Origin: an uncultured bacterium
GTDB lineage: Bacteria; Zixibacteria; MSB-5A5; GN15; FEB-12
Reading direction: 5' to 3'
Assembly (NCBI GenBank): GCA_965372795.1
Contig: CBDVDR010000009.1
Span: forward strand, 2,986 to 66,985
DNA: 64,000 nucleotides
A model generated the notes under the pieces. It was given only the letters and a program-made list of their open reading frames with translations, searched no databases and had not been told where the DNA came from. Positions 9,074 through 19,011 of this stretch are shown one piece after another; position 1 is the first letter of the stretch, and the number at the start of each line of letters is the position of its first letter. Made by a program: the position numbers and the translations under genes.

Positions 9074-11020
9074 CTATACGGTTACGCCAACTTGCGCAAC
9101 TTTTGATTCCTCTTTTAGATCGCTTCCCGGTCCTTCAACAGGCAGTTTAAATGAAAACAAGGCACCGTTATCGTATTTATATTCAATCGTCCCAACATGA
9201 CCATCAACAATTTTCTTACAGGTTACCAGCCCGATACCATGCCCTTTTCGTTTGGTTGTAAATCGTTTTTCAAAAAGGACATCTTTTTTTTCTTCGGGTA
9301 CACCGGTACCATTATCTTTTATATCAATTTGTACAAATTTTTCGTTTCCATGTTTAACAAATGATGATCTCAGGCTAATTTGCTTCTCACCTTCAAGTGA
9401 CTGAATAGCTTCAGCTGAATTATAAATTAAATTAATCAAAAGTTGTTGAATCTGTGCAATATCAATCTTAATTAATGGCAGTTCTGTTGATAGCTCGGTC
9501 TTTAATTCAACAGAATCAAACCGATTCTGCGGTTTAAGGAAAGCAATAACATTTTCGATCAGCTGATTGATATCGGCATCATTAAAGACAGCATCTTCAT
9601 GATTAGCATCCATCAAGCCATTGGCAAACCTTGCCACTTTATCAACCGTCCCTCTCATCAATTCAAGTTTCTGGGCTATTTTTTCATCTTTGCCTTTTCG
9701 CATGAAGATTGGAATCAGTTCAAGATTACCGGATAGAACCGCAAGATAATTATTTATTTCATGAGCTATATCCCCCGCCATTTCACCCCGGGTATAATAA
9801 CGATCAATGCGAATCATCATTTCCTGGAAGCTTTTACTTTCAGAAATATCTCTGACAATAAACAAATATGCCGGATATTCCGAATCATGTCCATCAATAT
9901 TTGAGCAAATACAGAATACTGGAAAAATACTGTTGTCTTTCCGTTTCCCGAGTAATTCTATTTCATCGTTTTCTTTATGTTCACTGTTTTTGATTACATC
10001 AAGCATTGATTGAGTGAAAAGTACGTTAATATGCTGATCAAGCATTTGTTCTTTTTCATATCCAAAAGTTTCAGAGGCTTTGTTGTTAAAAACTTTGATC
10101 ATCCCCTGATTATCAGTCGAGATTACGCAATCAGGAGAATCTTCAACCAAGGCTAATAGGAAGGCTCTTGATTCATTCAGTAATTTATTACTGTCCTCTA
10201 AGGCAGTGTTGGATTCTTTCAGACTGTTATAATTTTCCGACAATTTCTGAGACATATTATTATATGAATTGGTCAGCCGTTTGATCTCTTCGTCATCATT
10301 GGCAACATTTATCTGGTTAAATTCACCCTGGGATGTTTTTTCAAATCCAAGAATTAGTTCGTTAAGAGGACTTTTGAATCTGACTGAAATAAGATAAACG
10401 GTTAAAAGAGCAATTAGCGATGAAACAAGAAACAATAAAAGTATGCCATATTTTACATCCGACCGGCTTGAAAACATATAATCATGATCAGAAATTGTCA
10501 CTAAAAGGGCTGATATCTTATTATTAATTTTAAATGGTACAAAATTCAAAAGGTAGTCGGTTTTATAAAAAACAGGACTATACTCATTTAACTCACTTTT
10601 TATATCATTCTGTTTTAAAACATTCCCAACCAATGCTTCAAGCATCTGATCTGAAATCAAATCATCATCCATTGACAAGGGAGAAATATATGTATAGACA
10701 TCTTCAATATTATCCGAAGTTGGACACATCAAAATTTTCACTTGTAAAATTTCTGACTCCATAGCCAGAAGCTTATCAAGACTTTGCTGTATATTCTGGG
10801 TATGAACCACATCATCCAAAAACAAAGAATCTCCGGCAAGCATTTCAGAAATATGGAGAGCTAAAGTTTTAAATTTATAATCCTGCTCAAAAAACTTAAC
10901 ATCATTTTTTTCTGACTCGTTAGAAGTAAACAGAAACAGGGCCAATGCTGAAAATACAAATATTAACTGGAGTATTATCAAATTGCTGATTCTTGTAAGA
11001 AAACTCGGTTTTAATTTCAT
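9074..11020 (-). CDS. HAMP-PAS sensor histidine kinase
   Basis: Two TM segments, HAMP (DEEIKRLTNSYNNM), PAS/PAC, AHEINNYL, DNGTG, FTTK, GHGIGL. Confidence 0.92.
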   Translation of the reverse strand: MKLKPSFLTRISNLIILQLIFVFSALALFLFTSNESEKNDVKFFEQDYKFKTLALHISEMLAGDSLFLDDVVHTQNIQQSLDKLLAMESEILQVKILMCPTSDNIEDVYTYISPLSMDDDLISDQMLEALVGNVLKQNDIKSELNEYSPVFYKTDYLLNFVPFKINNKISALLVTISDHDYMFSSRSDVKYGILLLFLVSSLIALLTVYLISVRFKSPLNELILGFEKTSQGEFNQINVANDDEEIKRLTNSYNNMSQKLSENYNSLKESNTALEDSNKLLNESRAFLLALVEDSPDCVISTDNQGMIKVFNNKASETFGYEKEQMLDQHINVLFTQSMLDVIKNSEHKENDEIELLGKRKDNSIFPVFCICSNIDGHDSEYPAYLFIVRDISESKSFQEMMIRIDRYYTRGEMAGDIAHEINNYLAVLSGNLELIPIFMRKGKDEKIAQKLELMRGTVDKVARFANGLMDANHEDAVFNDADINQLIENVIAFLKPQNRFDSVELKTELSTELPLIKIDIAQIQQLLINLIYNSAEAIQSLEGEKQISLRSSFVKHGNEKFVQIDIKDNGTGVPEEKKDVLFEKRFTTKRKGHGIGLVTCKKIVDGHVGTIEYKYDNGALFSFKLPVEGPGSDLKEESKVAQVGVTV

Positions 11021-11117
11021 ATCTGTACCTTTCCTAAGGACGTAACTATCTGTAAAGTTATAATATTTATATCGACAATTTGCAGGAAAGTTGTATGGAG
11101 TATGATTGATAATTATA

Positions 11118-11190
11118 ATGGGAGCGGTGGAGGGGGATGCCCGACTCTAACGTCAGGTGGCTGGAAACCAGCGCACACCACTCCCATATA
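11118..11190 (-). ncRNA. Candidate small structured RNA (three-way junction), unassigned family
   Basis: GC-rich island in AT-rich spacer; 12-bp closing stem (11118-11129 with 11176-11187) plus two internal hairpins; G-U pairs form only on the minus strand; sigma28-like promoter immediately upstream. Confidence 0.5.
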
Positions 11191-11198
11191 TCTTTTTA

Positions 11199-11225
11199 TA
11201 ATCGGCAAACGGAAATATTATTTAA
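11199..11225 (-). promoter_or_regulatory. Sigma28 (FliA/SigD/WhiG)-like promoter
   Basis: Minus strand TTAA-N15-GCCGATTA versus consensus TAAA-N15-GCCGATAA. Confidence 0.55.
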
Positions 11226-11406
11226 TGTAGTATCGGGTAGTAAATCCGAAAAAATGTAAATTGTGAAGAACCTATTATCTGAATTATAATAACTATAAAT
11301 TGTGAATTCCGCAAGCGAAATCCTTTTATTCCTTGTAACTTAGCAAGTTACAGACTTTACTAAAATCCTATTTCATTAAATATAATAGATAATATGCTCT
11401 AATAAT

Positions 11407-11439
11407 AAAACCCTGAAAAAAATAATATTTCAGGGTTTT
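11407..11439 (-). terminator. Terminator-like inverted repeat downstream of trxB
   Basis: AAAACCCTGAAA...TTTCAGGGTTTT. Confidence 0.65.
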
Positions 11440-11455
11440 AGACGTTTTTTTTATT

Positions 11456-12409
11456 TTATGTGCGTTTTGCAAGCTTATCTTCAAGATCCTCCATACGCTT
11501 CTCAGAGGCTACCGCAGCGGTTGTACCATCGCCAACGGCATTGGTAACCTGGCGCACAAGCTGCGATCTGACATCGCCACAAGCATAAATCCCTGGAACA
11601 GATGTTTCCATTTTGTAATCTGTTATGATAAACCCGCCATCATCCTTTTTAAGTTCTTCCCGAACAAGATTTGAATTTGGACGAAATCCGAGATATGGGA
11701 AAATTGCACCAATATCAAGGGTGCTCTTTTCACCGGTTTTTGTATTTTTTAAAGAAAGATTAGTCACCGATTTTTCGTCACCATTAATAGACTCAACTAC
11801 CGTATCCCACAAAAATTCTATTTTATCATTATCGAATGCTCTTTGTTGAATAATCTTTTGAGCGCGAAGTTTATCACGGCGGTGGATGATATAAACTTTG
11901 GAAGCAAATTTTGTCAAAAACGAACCCTCTTCAACAGCTGCATCTCCGCCACCAACAACAGCAATAACTTTACCTTTAAAAAACGCTCCGTCACAAATAG
12001 CACAATAGGAAACACCTTTTCCGCTGAATTCCGTTTCTCCCGGGACACCAAGTTTTATCGGAGTACCACCGGTGGAAAGAATTGCTGCTTTACCTCGGTA
12101 GCTATTACCGGAAGCACATTTGGCGATCCGATCATCACCATCGCAGTATACTTCAACAACTTCTTCCATCTCAATTTCAAGACCGAATTTTTTTGCATGA
12201 TTGGTAAACTTAATCGCTAATTCGGCTCCTTCAATATGCTCAAATCCTAAATAGTCTTCTACTTCTCCCGTTAATGCAATTTGCCCGCCCGGTAGATATT
12301 TCTCTAAACAAACAGCTTTCCGATTAGCACGGGCAACGTAAAGCCCGGCACAAAGTCCGCCCGGTCCGCCACCGATAATTAAAACATCATATTTTTTTTC
12401 TTCTGACAT
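11456..12409 (-). CDS. trxB: Thioredoxin-disulfide reductase
   Basis: GGGPGG FAD motif, GVSYCAICDG CxxC, VVGGGDAAVEE, HRRDKLRA, GDV..QVTNAVGDG. Confidence 0.95.
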   Translation of the reverse strand: MSEEKKYDVLIIGGGPGGLCAGLYVARANRKAVCLEKYLPGGQIALTGEVEDYLGFEHIEGAELAIKFTNHAKKFGLEIEMEEVVEVYCDGDDRIAKCASGNSYRGKAAILSTGGTPIKLGVPGETEFSGKGVSYCAICDGAFFKGKVIAVVGGGDAAVEEGSFLTKFASKVYIIHRRDKLRAQKIIQQRAFDNDKIEFLWDTVVESINGDEKSVTNLSLKNTKTGEKSTLDIGAIFPYLGFRPNSNLVREELKKDDGGFIITDYKMETSVPGIYACGDVRSQLVRQVTNAVGDGTTAAVASEKRMEDLEDKLAKRT

Positions 12410-12428
12410 TTTCGAAGTCCTTCAATTA

Positions 12429-13313
12429 TTACAAATATTTTTTTATTCCGTTAGAAAATTTAATGGGATTTATCAAATAAAGTTCCATCATTTTTATTAT
12501 ATTTCCACAACTCCCCATCTCCATCATAATCAACTGATCTTTTGTAAAAGGTGCCGGTTTGATTACCTTTTCCAATAAGACAGCAAAAAATTTCATTAAA
12601 CTGATTGGTAAATGAAAATTTATACGTCTTTTTTTTAATCGCTTCTTTAAGATATCCAAAATTTGAAGATATTCAAGTTTTTCCGGTCCGGCAATATCGA
12701 TAATTATATTTTTTATATCATTCATATAAATTGACTTTGAAATGGAGGTTATCAAATCATCAATATAAACTGGTTGCATTAAATACCTCCCGGTGCCTAT
12801 TACAGGGGTTATTAAAGGTATTTTCAATAAACCAATCAGTAAATTCACAAAACCATCCCCCCTGCCATAAATAACCGAGGGTCGTAAAATAAAATAATCT
12901 ATGCCGGAATTAATTATGGCCTGTTCAGCAATATATTTTGATTGAAAATATTTGGACTCTGAATCCCCAGTAGCACCCAACGCAGAAATATAAATTATTT
13001 TTTTAACATCGCTTTCAAGACATGCTTTTACAAGTAAAGAAGTGCCTTCCGTAACTGTCTTTTTAAACGTTTTGCTTCTTGTTTCTGCTATTATCCCCAC
13101 TAAATGAATTACAACATCCAAATCCCGGCAAAATATCTTCAAACTTTCGAAATCTTCTATATTCCCCTGGCATAAATCAATCTTATTTGACTCTACTGAA
13201 ACTTTGGTCACTTGATGGGTTAATACTCGAATTTTATTATCAGACTTTGCAAGATTTTCAACCAGATGAGATCCGATAAACCCGGAACCGCCTGTAACTC
13301 CGATTTTCACCAA
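12429..13313 (-). CDS. NAD(P)-binding epimerase / NDUFA9-like atypical SDR
   Basis: VTGGSGFIG Rossmann motif, ISALGA, YFQSK, LRPSVIYG, QPVYIDD. Confidence 0.85.
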   Translation of the reverse strand: MVKIGVTGGSGFIGSHLVENLAKSDNKIRVLTHQVTKVSVESNKIDLCQGNIEDFESLKIFCRDLDVVIHLVGIIAETRSKTFKKTVTEGTSLLVKACLESDVKKIIYISALGATGDSESKYFQSKYIAEQAIINSGIDYFILRPSVIYGRGDGFVNLLIGLLKIPLITPVIGTGRYLMQPVYIDDLITSISKSIYMNDIKNIIIDIAGPEKLEYLQILDILKKRLKKRRINFHLPISLMKFFAVLLEKVIKPAPFTKDQLIMMEMGSCGNIIKMMELYLINPIKFSNGIKKYL

Positions 13314-13858
13314 TCAATTCCCTTTTGAGCTAAAATTCCTTGCTGATAGGGGTGCTTGATTTCTTTCATTTCAGTAACAAGATCAGCACTTTCCATCAAC
13401 CAGTCAGGTGCATCTCTGCCGGTTATTACTAAATTAAAATCATTATTTCTCAATTTAAGCACTCTTTTTACCTGTTCATCAGTTATCAAACCTAATTTTA
13501 AGGCAACATTCAATTCATCCAAAATAACTAACTTGAATTGATTAGATTCTATTTTTTCACAGGCAAAATCGATCCCTTTTTCTGCTGCAATTTTGTGCTC
13601 TTCAAACTCTTTATTATCATCAACAATGCCGACAAACCCCTCTCCAACTGTATACAACTCAACTTCAGGTTCGAGTCGTTTTATCCCTTTCAGCTCGCCA
13701 TATTTCCAGCTTCCTTTAACAAATTGAATAATACATACCCGCCATTTATAGCCAATCGCTCGAACACACATCCCAAGAGCAGCAGTTGTTTTCCCCTTTC
13801 CGTTGCCGGTATAAACGACTAACAGACCCTTTTTCACTGTTTGATCAGCTTTTTCCAT
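13307..13858 (-). CDS. cobO: Cob(I)yrinic acid a,c-diamide adenosyltransferase
   Basis: YTGNGKGKTTAALG, QFVKG, ILDE, ITGR, ADLVTEM..KHPY..G..AQKGIDW. Confidence 0.93.
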   Translation of the reverse strand: MEKADQTVKKGLLVVYTGNGKGKTTAALGMCVRAIGYKWRVCIIQFVKGSWKYGELKGIKRLEPEVELYTVGEGFVGIVDDNKEFEEHKIAAEKGIDFACEKIESNQFKLVILDELNVALKLGLITDEQVKRVLKLRNNDFNLVITGRDAPDWLMESADLVTEMKEIKHPYQQGILAQKGIDW

Positions 13859-13991
13859 ATTATCCTACTTTATAAAGATTAACCTAACATTACAATATCA
13901 TTAGAAACTGGTTGAATGTCAATCTCTTATAAATAACAAACTTAGCAATAATTATTATTGTATATTTTGTGAAAAAAATAACCAATTGTAT

Positions 13992-14020
13992 TTGACATTT
14001 ATGTCTACTATAATTATATT
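13992..14020 (+). promoter_or_regulatory. Sigma70 promoter of the Rrf2 gene with overlapping palindrome (possible autoregulatory site)
   Basis: TTGACA (13992-13997), 17-nt spacer, TATATT (14015-14020); GACA-TTTA-TGTC inverted repeat overlapping the -35. Confidence 0.5.
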
Positions 14021-14103
14021 ATTTATATAAATTAAGTTAAAATGATGAAATTAATTTTGTCATTTACATATTTGAGTATCATAAATCTTGAAAGAAGGTT
14101 ATT

Positions 14104-14535
14104 ATGCAGTTTACGAAGGCAGAGGAATACGGAATCAAAGGCGTCCTTTTCCTCGCAGAAAAAGCCAAAAATTCAGTAACTCCTCTCTCCGAAATTTCAG
14201 AAGCTAAAAATATTCCTGAGAAATTTTTAGCTAAAATTTTCCAATCTCTTTCAAGGACAGGTATTGTCAGGTCTCACAGAGGTGTCAGAGGTGGATTTAC
14301 ACTCAGCAGAAACCCTGAAGAAATTTCTATCAAAGAAGTACTTGAGGCAATTCAAGGTCCTTATCATTTAATGAAATGCATCAATGATACTGATATCTGT
14401 GAAGAGTCGAATAGATGTGCTATCAGAGATATGTTGATTAAGGCTGAAAATAAGATGAACGAAGTCTTTGAAAGTCATTCTCTGGCTAAGTTAATTGAGT
14501 TTCAAAACGAGAAATTGTTAACCCGGATATTATAG
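14104..14535 (+). CDS. Rrf2-family transcriptional regulator with three Cys (possible Fe-S sensor)
   Basis: EYG..LA...IPEKFLAKI..L...G.V.SHRGVRGGF.L; C-x6-C-x5-C cluster. Confidence 0.9.
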   Translation: MQFTKAEEYGIKGVLFLAEKAKNSVTPLSEISEAKNIPEKFLAKIFQSLSRTGIVRSHRGVRGGFTLSRNPEEISIKEVLEAIQGPYHLMKCINDTDICEESNRCAIRDMLIKAENKMNEVFESHSLAKLIEFQNEKLLTRIL

Positions 14536-14629
14536 TATTTTGTGAAAAAAATATCATAATATAGGTTTACAGCGAGTCATCCAGACTATATCTTGACGCC
14601 TGAACAGCATCGAAAAGGAGAACTAGAGA

Positions 14630-15199
14630 ATGCCTGTTAAATCTGATCGCTGGATTATTGAGATGGCTCGCGACAAGGAAATGATTAAACCTTTCTCAGA
14701 AAGTCAGGTTAAATCTGGTATTAGCTTCGGAGTGTCCGCTTATGGATATGACATAAGTCTCTCCGATGAATTTAAAATTTTAGATACTGACTCTCTTTCA
14801 GAATTAGATCCCAAAAAAGATAATAGTTCCTCATTTAAAGATATTAAAGCTGCGTCGATGTTAATCCCGCCTAATTCTTTTATTCTGGCAAGAACTCAAG
14901 AATATTTTAAAATACCTCGTGATGTTATTACTATTTGTTTTGGTAAATCAACGTATGCACGAAATGGAGTCATTGTGAATGTTACTCCGTTTGAACCGGA
15001 GTGGGAAGGTTATGCAACGATCTCGATCTCAAATACTTCTCCTCTGCCGGTGAGGATCTATGCCAATGAAGGGATTGCTCAATTATTATTTTTAGAAGCT
15101 AAAGAACCCTGTCTTGTGTCCTACAAAGACAAAAAAGGAAAATATCAGGGACAAAAAACAATAACATATTCAAAATCGGATAAAATTGCCGATAAATAG
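14630..15199 (+). CDS. dcd: dCTP deaminase
   Basis: [48 protein letters not shown]. Confidence 0.93.
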   Translation: MPVKSDRWIIEMARDKEMIKPFSESQVKSGISFGVSAYGYDISLSDEFKILDTDSLSELDPKKDNSSSFKDIKAASMLIPPNSFILARTQEYFKIPRDVITICFGKSTYARNGVIVNVTPFEPEWEGYATISISNTSPLPVRIYANEGIAQLLFLEAKEPCLVSYKDKKGKYQGQKTITYSKSDKIADK

Positions 15200-15243
15200 G
15201 CAAAATAGTATTTAATAAATTAAAGAATTTAGGAGCTTAAGAA

Positions 15244-18200
15244 ATGCTTGATGAGGCTGTAAAAAATAAAGAAATGAACGGAAAAATAGAAAACTCAGGC
15301 AATAGAAAACGCCGAATGGTTACCATTGACGGAAATACTGCCGCTGCTCATGTTGCCCATGCTACAAACGAAGTAATTGCAATCTATCCAATCACTCCCT
15401 CTTCTGATATGGGTGAAATTTCTGACGAAAAGTCAGCTCGTGGTGAAAAAAATATATGGGGAATCGTCCCCGATGTTGTCGAAATGCAATCCGAAGGCGG
15501 TGCCTCCGGTGCCGTACATGGTGCCCTTTCAACAGGTGCTTTAACTACGACTTTTACTGCATCTCAGGGATTATTACTAATGATTCCGAACATGTTCAAA
15601 ATTGCTGGTGAATTGACACCGACTGTCTTCCATGTCTCCGCCAGAGCAGTTGCAACTCATGCGCTCTCAATTTTTGGTGATCATTCTGATGTTATGGCTA
15701 CCCGCTCTACCGGTTTTGGCTTATTGGCAGCCGGCTCCGTTCAGGAAGTGATGGATATGGCTCTGATTACTCAGGCAGCCTCATTAGCCAGCCGGGTTCC
15801 TTTTATACATTTCTTTGATGGTTTTAGAACTTCACACGAAGTTCAAAAAGTTGAAGAAGTATGTTTTGAAGATATGAGTGACATGTTAGATGAAAGACTA
15901 ATCTCAAATCACCGCGCCCGCGCGCTCTCCCCTGACAATCCTACTATTAAAGGTACTTCTCAGAATCCTGACGTTTTCTTCCAAGCCAGAGAAACTATCA
16001 ATAAATTCTATGACGAAACACCTGGTCTTGTTCAGAAAACTATGGACAAGTTTGCTTCCATAGTTGGCAGACAATATAAACTATTTGATTATTACGGACA
16101 TCCAGAAGCTGAAAAAGTTGTCATCATTATGGGAACCGGTGCTGAAGTTGTCCATGAAGTTGTCGATCATCTGGTTGATAAAGGTGAAAAAGTCGGTATG
16201 ATCAAAGTTCGTCTCTATCGTCCTTTCTCATTCGAATCATTTGCCGAAGCTCTGCCAAAATCAGTTAAAAGAGTTGCTGTTCTTGATCGTACCAAAGAAC
16301 CGGGATCTGTCGGCGAACCACTTTATACTGATGTTCAAACTGCTATAAATGAAGCTGTCGATACCGGGATTGCAAAATTTGAAGGTCATCCTCTGGTTGT
16401 CGGTGGACGTTACGGATTAGGTTCAAGTGAATTCAATCCTCCGATGGCAAAAGCAATATTTGATAACTTAGATAAGGAAACACCGAAAAATCATTTCACT
16501 GTCGGCATCAATGATGATGTGACAATGACATCTCTGCCGATTGAAAATTCGATTGATTTGGAAGGTGATAATTTCCGGGGTCTGTTCTTTGGCTTAGGTG
16601 CTGATGGAACCGTCGGCGCCAATAAAAACTCAATCAAAATCATCGGTGGCAATACCGATAACTATGCTCAGGGTTATTTTGTGTATGACTCAAAAAAAGC
16701 CGGAGCAGTTACAGTTTCACATGTCCGTTTTGGCAAAGAATTGATTCGCAAACCTTACCTGATTGAAAGTGCCCAATTTGTTGCCTGTCATAACTTTTCT
16801 TTCCTTGAAAAATATGACATGGTCAACAAACTGATTGAAGGCGGTACTTTCCTTCTCAATTCGCCTATCTCTGCTTCTGAAATCTGGGATCAAATTCCGA
16901 TGGAAGTACAGAAACAAATCATCGAGAAAAAAGCTAAATTCTATACCATTGACGCTCTCGCTCTAGGTAAAAAGCTTGGACTCGGTGCCAGAATTAATAT
17001 GATTATGCAAACTGCTTTCTTCTCAATCTCCGGTATCCTTCCCAAAGATAAAGCTATCGAAGCTATCAAAAAGGCTATCATTGATTCCTATGGCAGTAAA
17101 GGTGAAAAGATTGTCAATATGAACTTTGCCGCTGTTGATGGTGCTGTGGCTGCTATTGAAGAAGTTAAATATCCCGACACTGTTACCAGCACGATCAAAA
17201 TGCCGCCAATTGTTCCGGAAAATTCACCTGACTTTATCAAAAAAGTTACTGCTGAAATTATTGCCGGTCGTGGTGATGATCTACCTGTTTCTGCGTTCCC
17301 GAACGATGGAACATTCCCAACCGCAACAACCAAATACGAAAAAAGAAATATTGCTATTGAAATACCGGTCTGGGATACGGAAACTTGCATCCAGTGTAAT
17401 ATCTGTTCGCTGGTTTGTCCTCATGCAGCTATCAGACCAAAAGTATTTGATAAAAAATATGCTGAAAATGCACCTGAGACCTTTAAGTTTACTGATGCTA
17501 AAACAAAACAATTAGCCGGATTAACTTATTCGTTACAGGTCGCACCTGAAGATTGTACCGGATGTGAATTATGTGTTAATGCCTGTCCGGTGGTTAAAAA
17601 AGATGATCTCGGCAACAAGACCGAATTCAAAGCCATCAATATGGAACCTCAAACTCCGATTCGTGACCAGGAAGCTAAAAACTGGGATTACTTTATCAAT
17701 GAGATTCCTGAACCGAACCCAGAATGGTTTAATGCTCAAACGGTCAAAGGTTCTCAGTTTGTCCAGCCTCTGTTTGAATTCTCCGGTGCATGTGCCGGCT
17801 GTGGCGAAACTCCGTACATTAAACTGATGACTCAATTGTTTGGTGACCGAGCCCTTTGTGCCAATGCTACCGGGTGCAGTTCAATTTACGGGGGTAATCT
17901 GCCAACAACTCCATATTGTCAAAGAAGTGACGGCAAAGGTCCTGCCTGGTCCAATTCACTTTTTGAAGACAATGCCGAATTCGGTATGGGCATGCGTTTG
18001 ACTGCTGACAAGTTGAATGAATACGCTCTTCTGTTAGTTAACAAACTTGTTCCTGAAATGTATGACGAATTCCTTAACGCTTCTCAAAGTACTCAAGAGG
18101 AAATCGAAGTTCAACGTGGCAGAGTTACAAAGCTGATGAAAAAAGTCAACAGCATGGATGAAAACGATGAAGTTATTTCTCTTAAGAGTGTTGCTAACTT

Positions 18201-18876
18201 CCTCGTAAATAAATCTGTATGGATTATTGGTGGTGACGGGTGGGCTTATGATATAGGTTTTGGCGGACTTGATCATGTTCTCGCTTCCGGTAAAAATGTA
18301 AACTTGCTCGTACTTGATACCGAAGTTTACTCAAATACCGGTGGACAGATGTCAAAGGCTACTCCTCGCGGATCAATTGCAAAATTTGCTGCCGCCGGTA
18401 AATCTTTACCGAAAAAAGATCTGGGCTTAATGATGATGTCTTATGGCAATGTCTATGTTGCTCAGGTTTCTCTTGGTGCCAGTCAAAACCAGACCGTCAA
18501 AGCTATTGCCGAGGCTGAAAAGTTTGACGGACCATCATTGATTCTTGCCTACAGTCATTGTATTGCTCATGGCATTGATATGGCTAAGGGACTTGAAGAA
18601 GAAGCAAAAGCCGTCAAATCAGGTCACTGGCTGATGTATCGCTACAATCCTGATTTAATTGATGAAGGTAAAAACCCTCTACAATTAGACTGCAAAGCTC
18701 CAACAATACCATTTGAAGAGTATGCCGGAGCAGAAAATAGATATCGTTCTCTTAAAACTAAGGACAAAGATCGGTATGCTACCCTTATGAAATTGGGACA
18801 ACAGGATTGCGACCGTCGCTGGAATCTGTATTCTCAATTGGCTAAAATGAGTTACACAGAAAACGAAAACGACTAA
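15244..18876 (+). CDS. nifJ: Pyruvate:ferredoxin (flavodoxin) oxidoreductase, homodimeric type
   Basis: YPITPSS, EMQSEGGA, GLGADGTVGANK, two CxxCxxCxxxCP ferredoxin motifs, FSGACAGCGETPY, GGDGWAYDIG. Confidence 0.96.
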   Translation: MLDEAVKNKEMNGKIENSGNRKRRMVTIDGNTAAAHVAHATNEVIAIYPITPSSDMGEISDEKSARGEKNIWGIVPDVVEMQSEGGASGAVHGALSTGALTTTFTASQGLLLMIPNMFKIAGELTPTVFHVSARAVATHALSIFGDHSDVMATRSTGFGLLAAGSVQEVMDMALITQAASLASRVPFIHFFDGFRTSHEVQKVEEVCFEDMSDMLDERLISNHRARALSPDNPTIKGTSQNPDVFFQARETINKFYDETPGLVQKTMDKFASIVGRQYKLFDYYGHPEAEKVVIIMGTGAEVVHEVVDHLVDKGEKVGMIKVRLYRPFSFESFAEALPKSVKRVAVLDRTKEPGSVGEPLYTDVQTAINEAVDTGIAKFEGHPLVVGGRYGLGSSEFNPPMAKAIFDNLDKETPKNHFTVGINDDVTMTSLPIENSIDLEGDNFRGLFFGLGADGTVGANKNSIKIIGGNTDNYAQGYFVYDSKKAGAVTVSHVRFGKELIRKPYLIESAQFVACHNFSFLEKYDMVNKLIEGGTFLLNSPISASEIWDQIPMEVQKQIIEKKAKFYTIDALALGKKLGLGARINMIMQTAFFSISGILPKDKAIEAIKKAIIDSYGSKGEKIVNMNFAAVDGAVAAIEEVKYPDTVTSTIKMPPIVPENSPDFIKKVTAEIIAGRGDDLPVSAFPNDGTFPTATTKYEKRNIAIEIPVWDTETCIQCNICSLVCPHAAIRPKVFDKKYAENAPETFKFTDAKTKQLAGLTYSLQVAPEDCTGCELCVNACPVVKKDDLGNKTEFKAINMEPQTPIRDQEAKNWDYFINEIPEPNPEWFNAQTVKGSQFVQPLFEFSGACAGCGETPYIKLMTQLFGDRALCANATGCSSIYGGNLPTTPYCQRSDGKGPAWSNSLFEDNAEFGMGMRLTADKLNEYALLLVNKLVPEMYDEFLNASQSTQEEIEVQRGRVTKLMKKVNSMDENDEVISLKSVANFLVNKSVWIIGGDGWAYDIGFGGLDHVLASGKNVNLLVLDTEVYSNTGGQMSKATPRGSIAKFAAAGKSLPKKDLGLMMMSYGNVYVAQVSLGASQNQTVKAIAEAEKFDGPSLILAYSHCIAHGIDMAKGLEEEAKAVKSGHWLMYRYNPDLIDEGKNPLQLDCKAPTIPFEEYAGAENRYRSLKTKDKDRYATLMKLGQQDCDRRWNLYSQLAKMSYTENEND

Positions 18877-18897
18877 GTCGTTACAAATCACTATATT

Positions 18898-18925
18898 AAG
18901 GCGGGACTCACCTCCCGCCTTTTTT
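18898..18925 (+). terminator. Intrinsic terminator
   Basis: AAGGCGGGA-CTCACC-TCCCGCCTTTTTT. Confidence 0.85.
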
Positions 18926-19011
18926 ATTTAATTTCAATTATTGAATCAAGAAATCTCCCCATATTTCCGATAATTTTAAGTATAGAATAATCAAACATTT
19001 TGGGAGGTTTT

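Noticed and set aside
11118-11190. tRNA (including tRNA-Sec), SRP RNA or c-di-GMP-I riboswitch
   Set aside because: No TTCGA T-loop or cloverleaf, no SRP helix-8 GNRA motif in the right context, and no recognisable GEMM core; kept as an unassigned candidate RNA.
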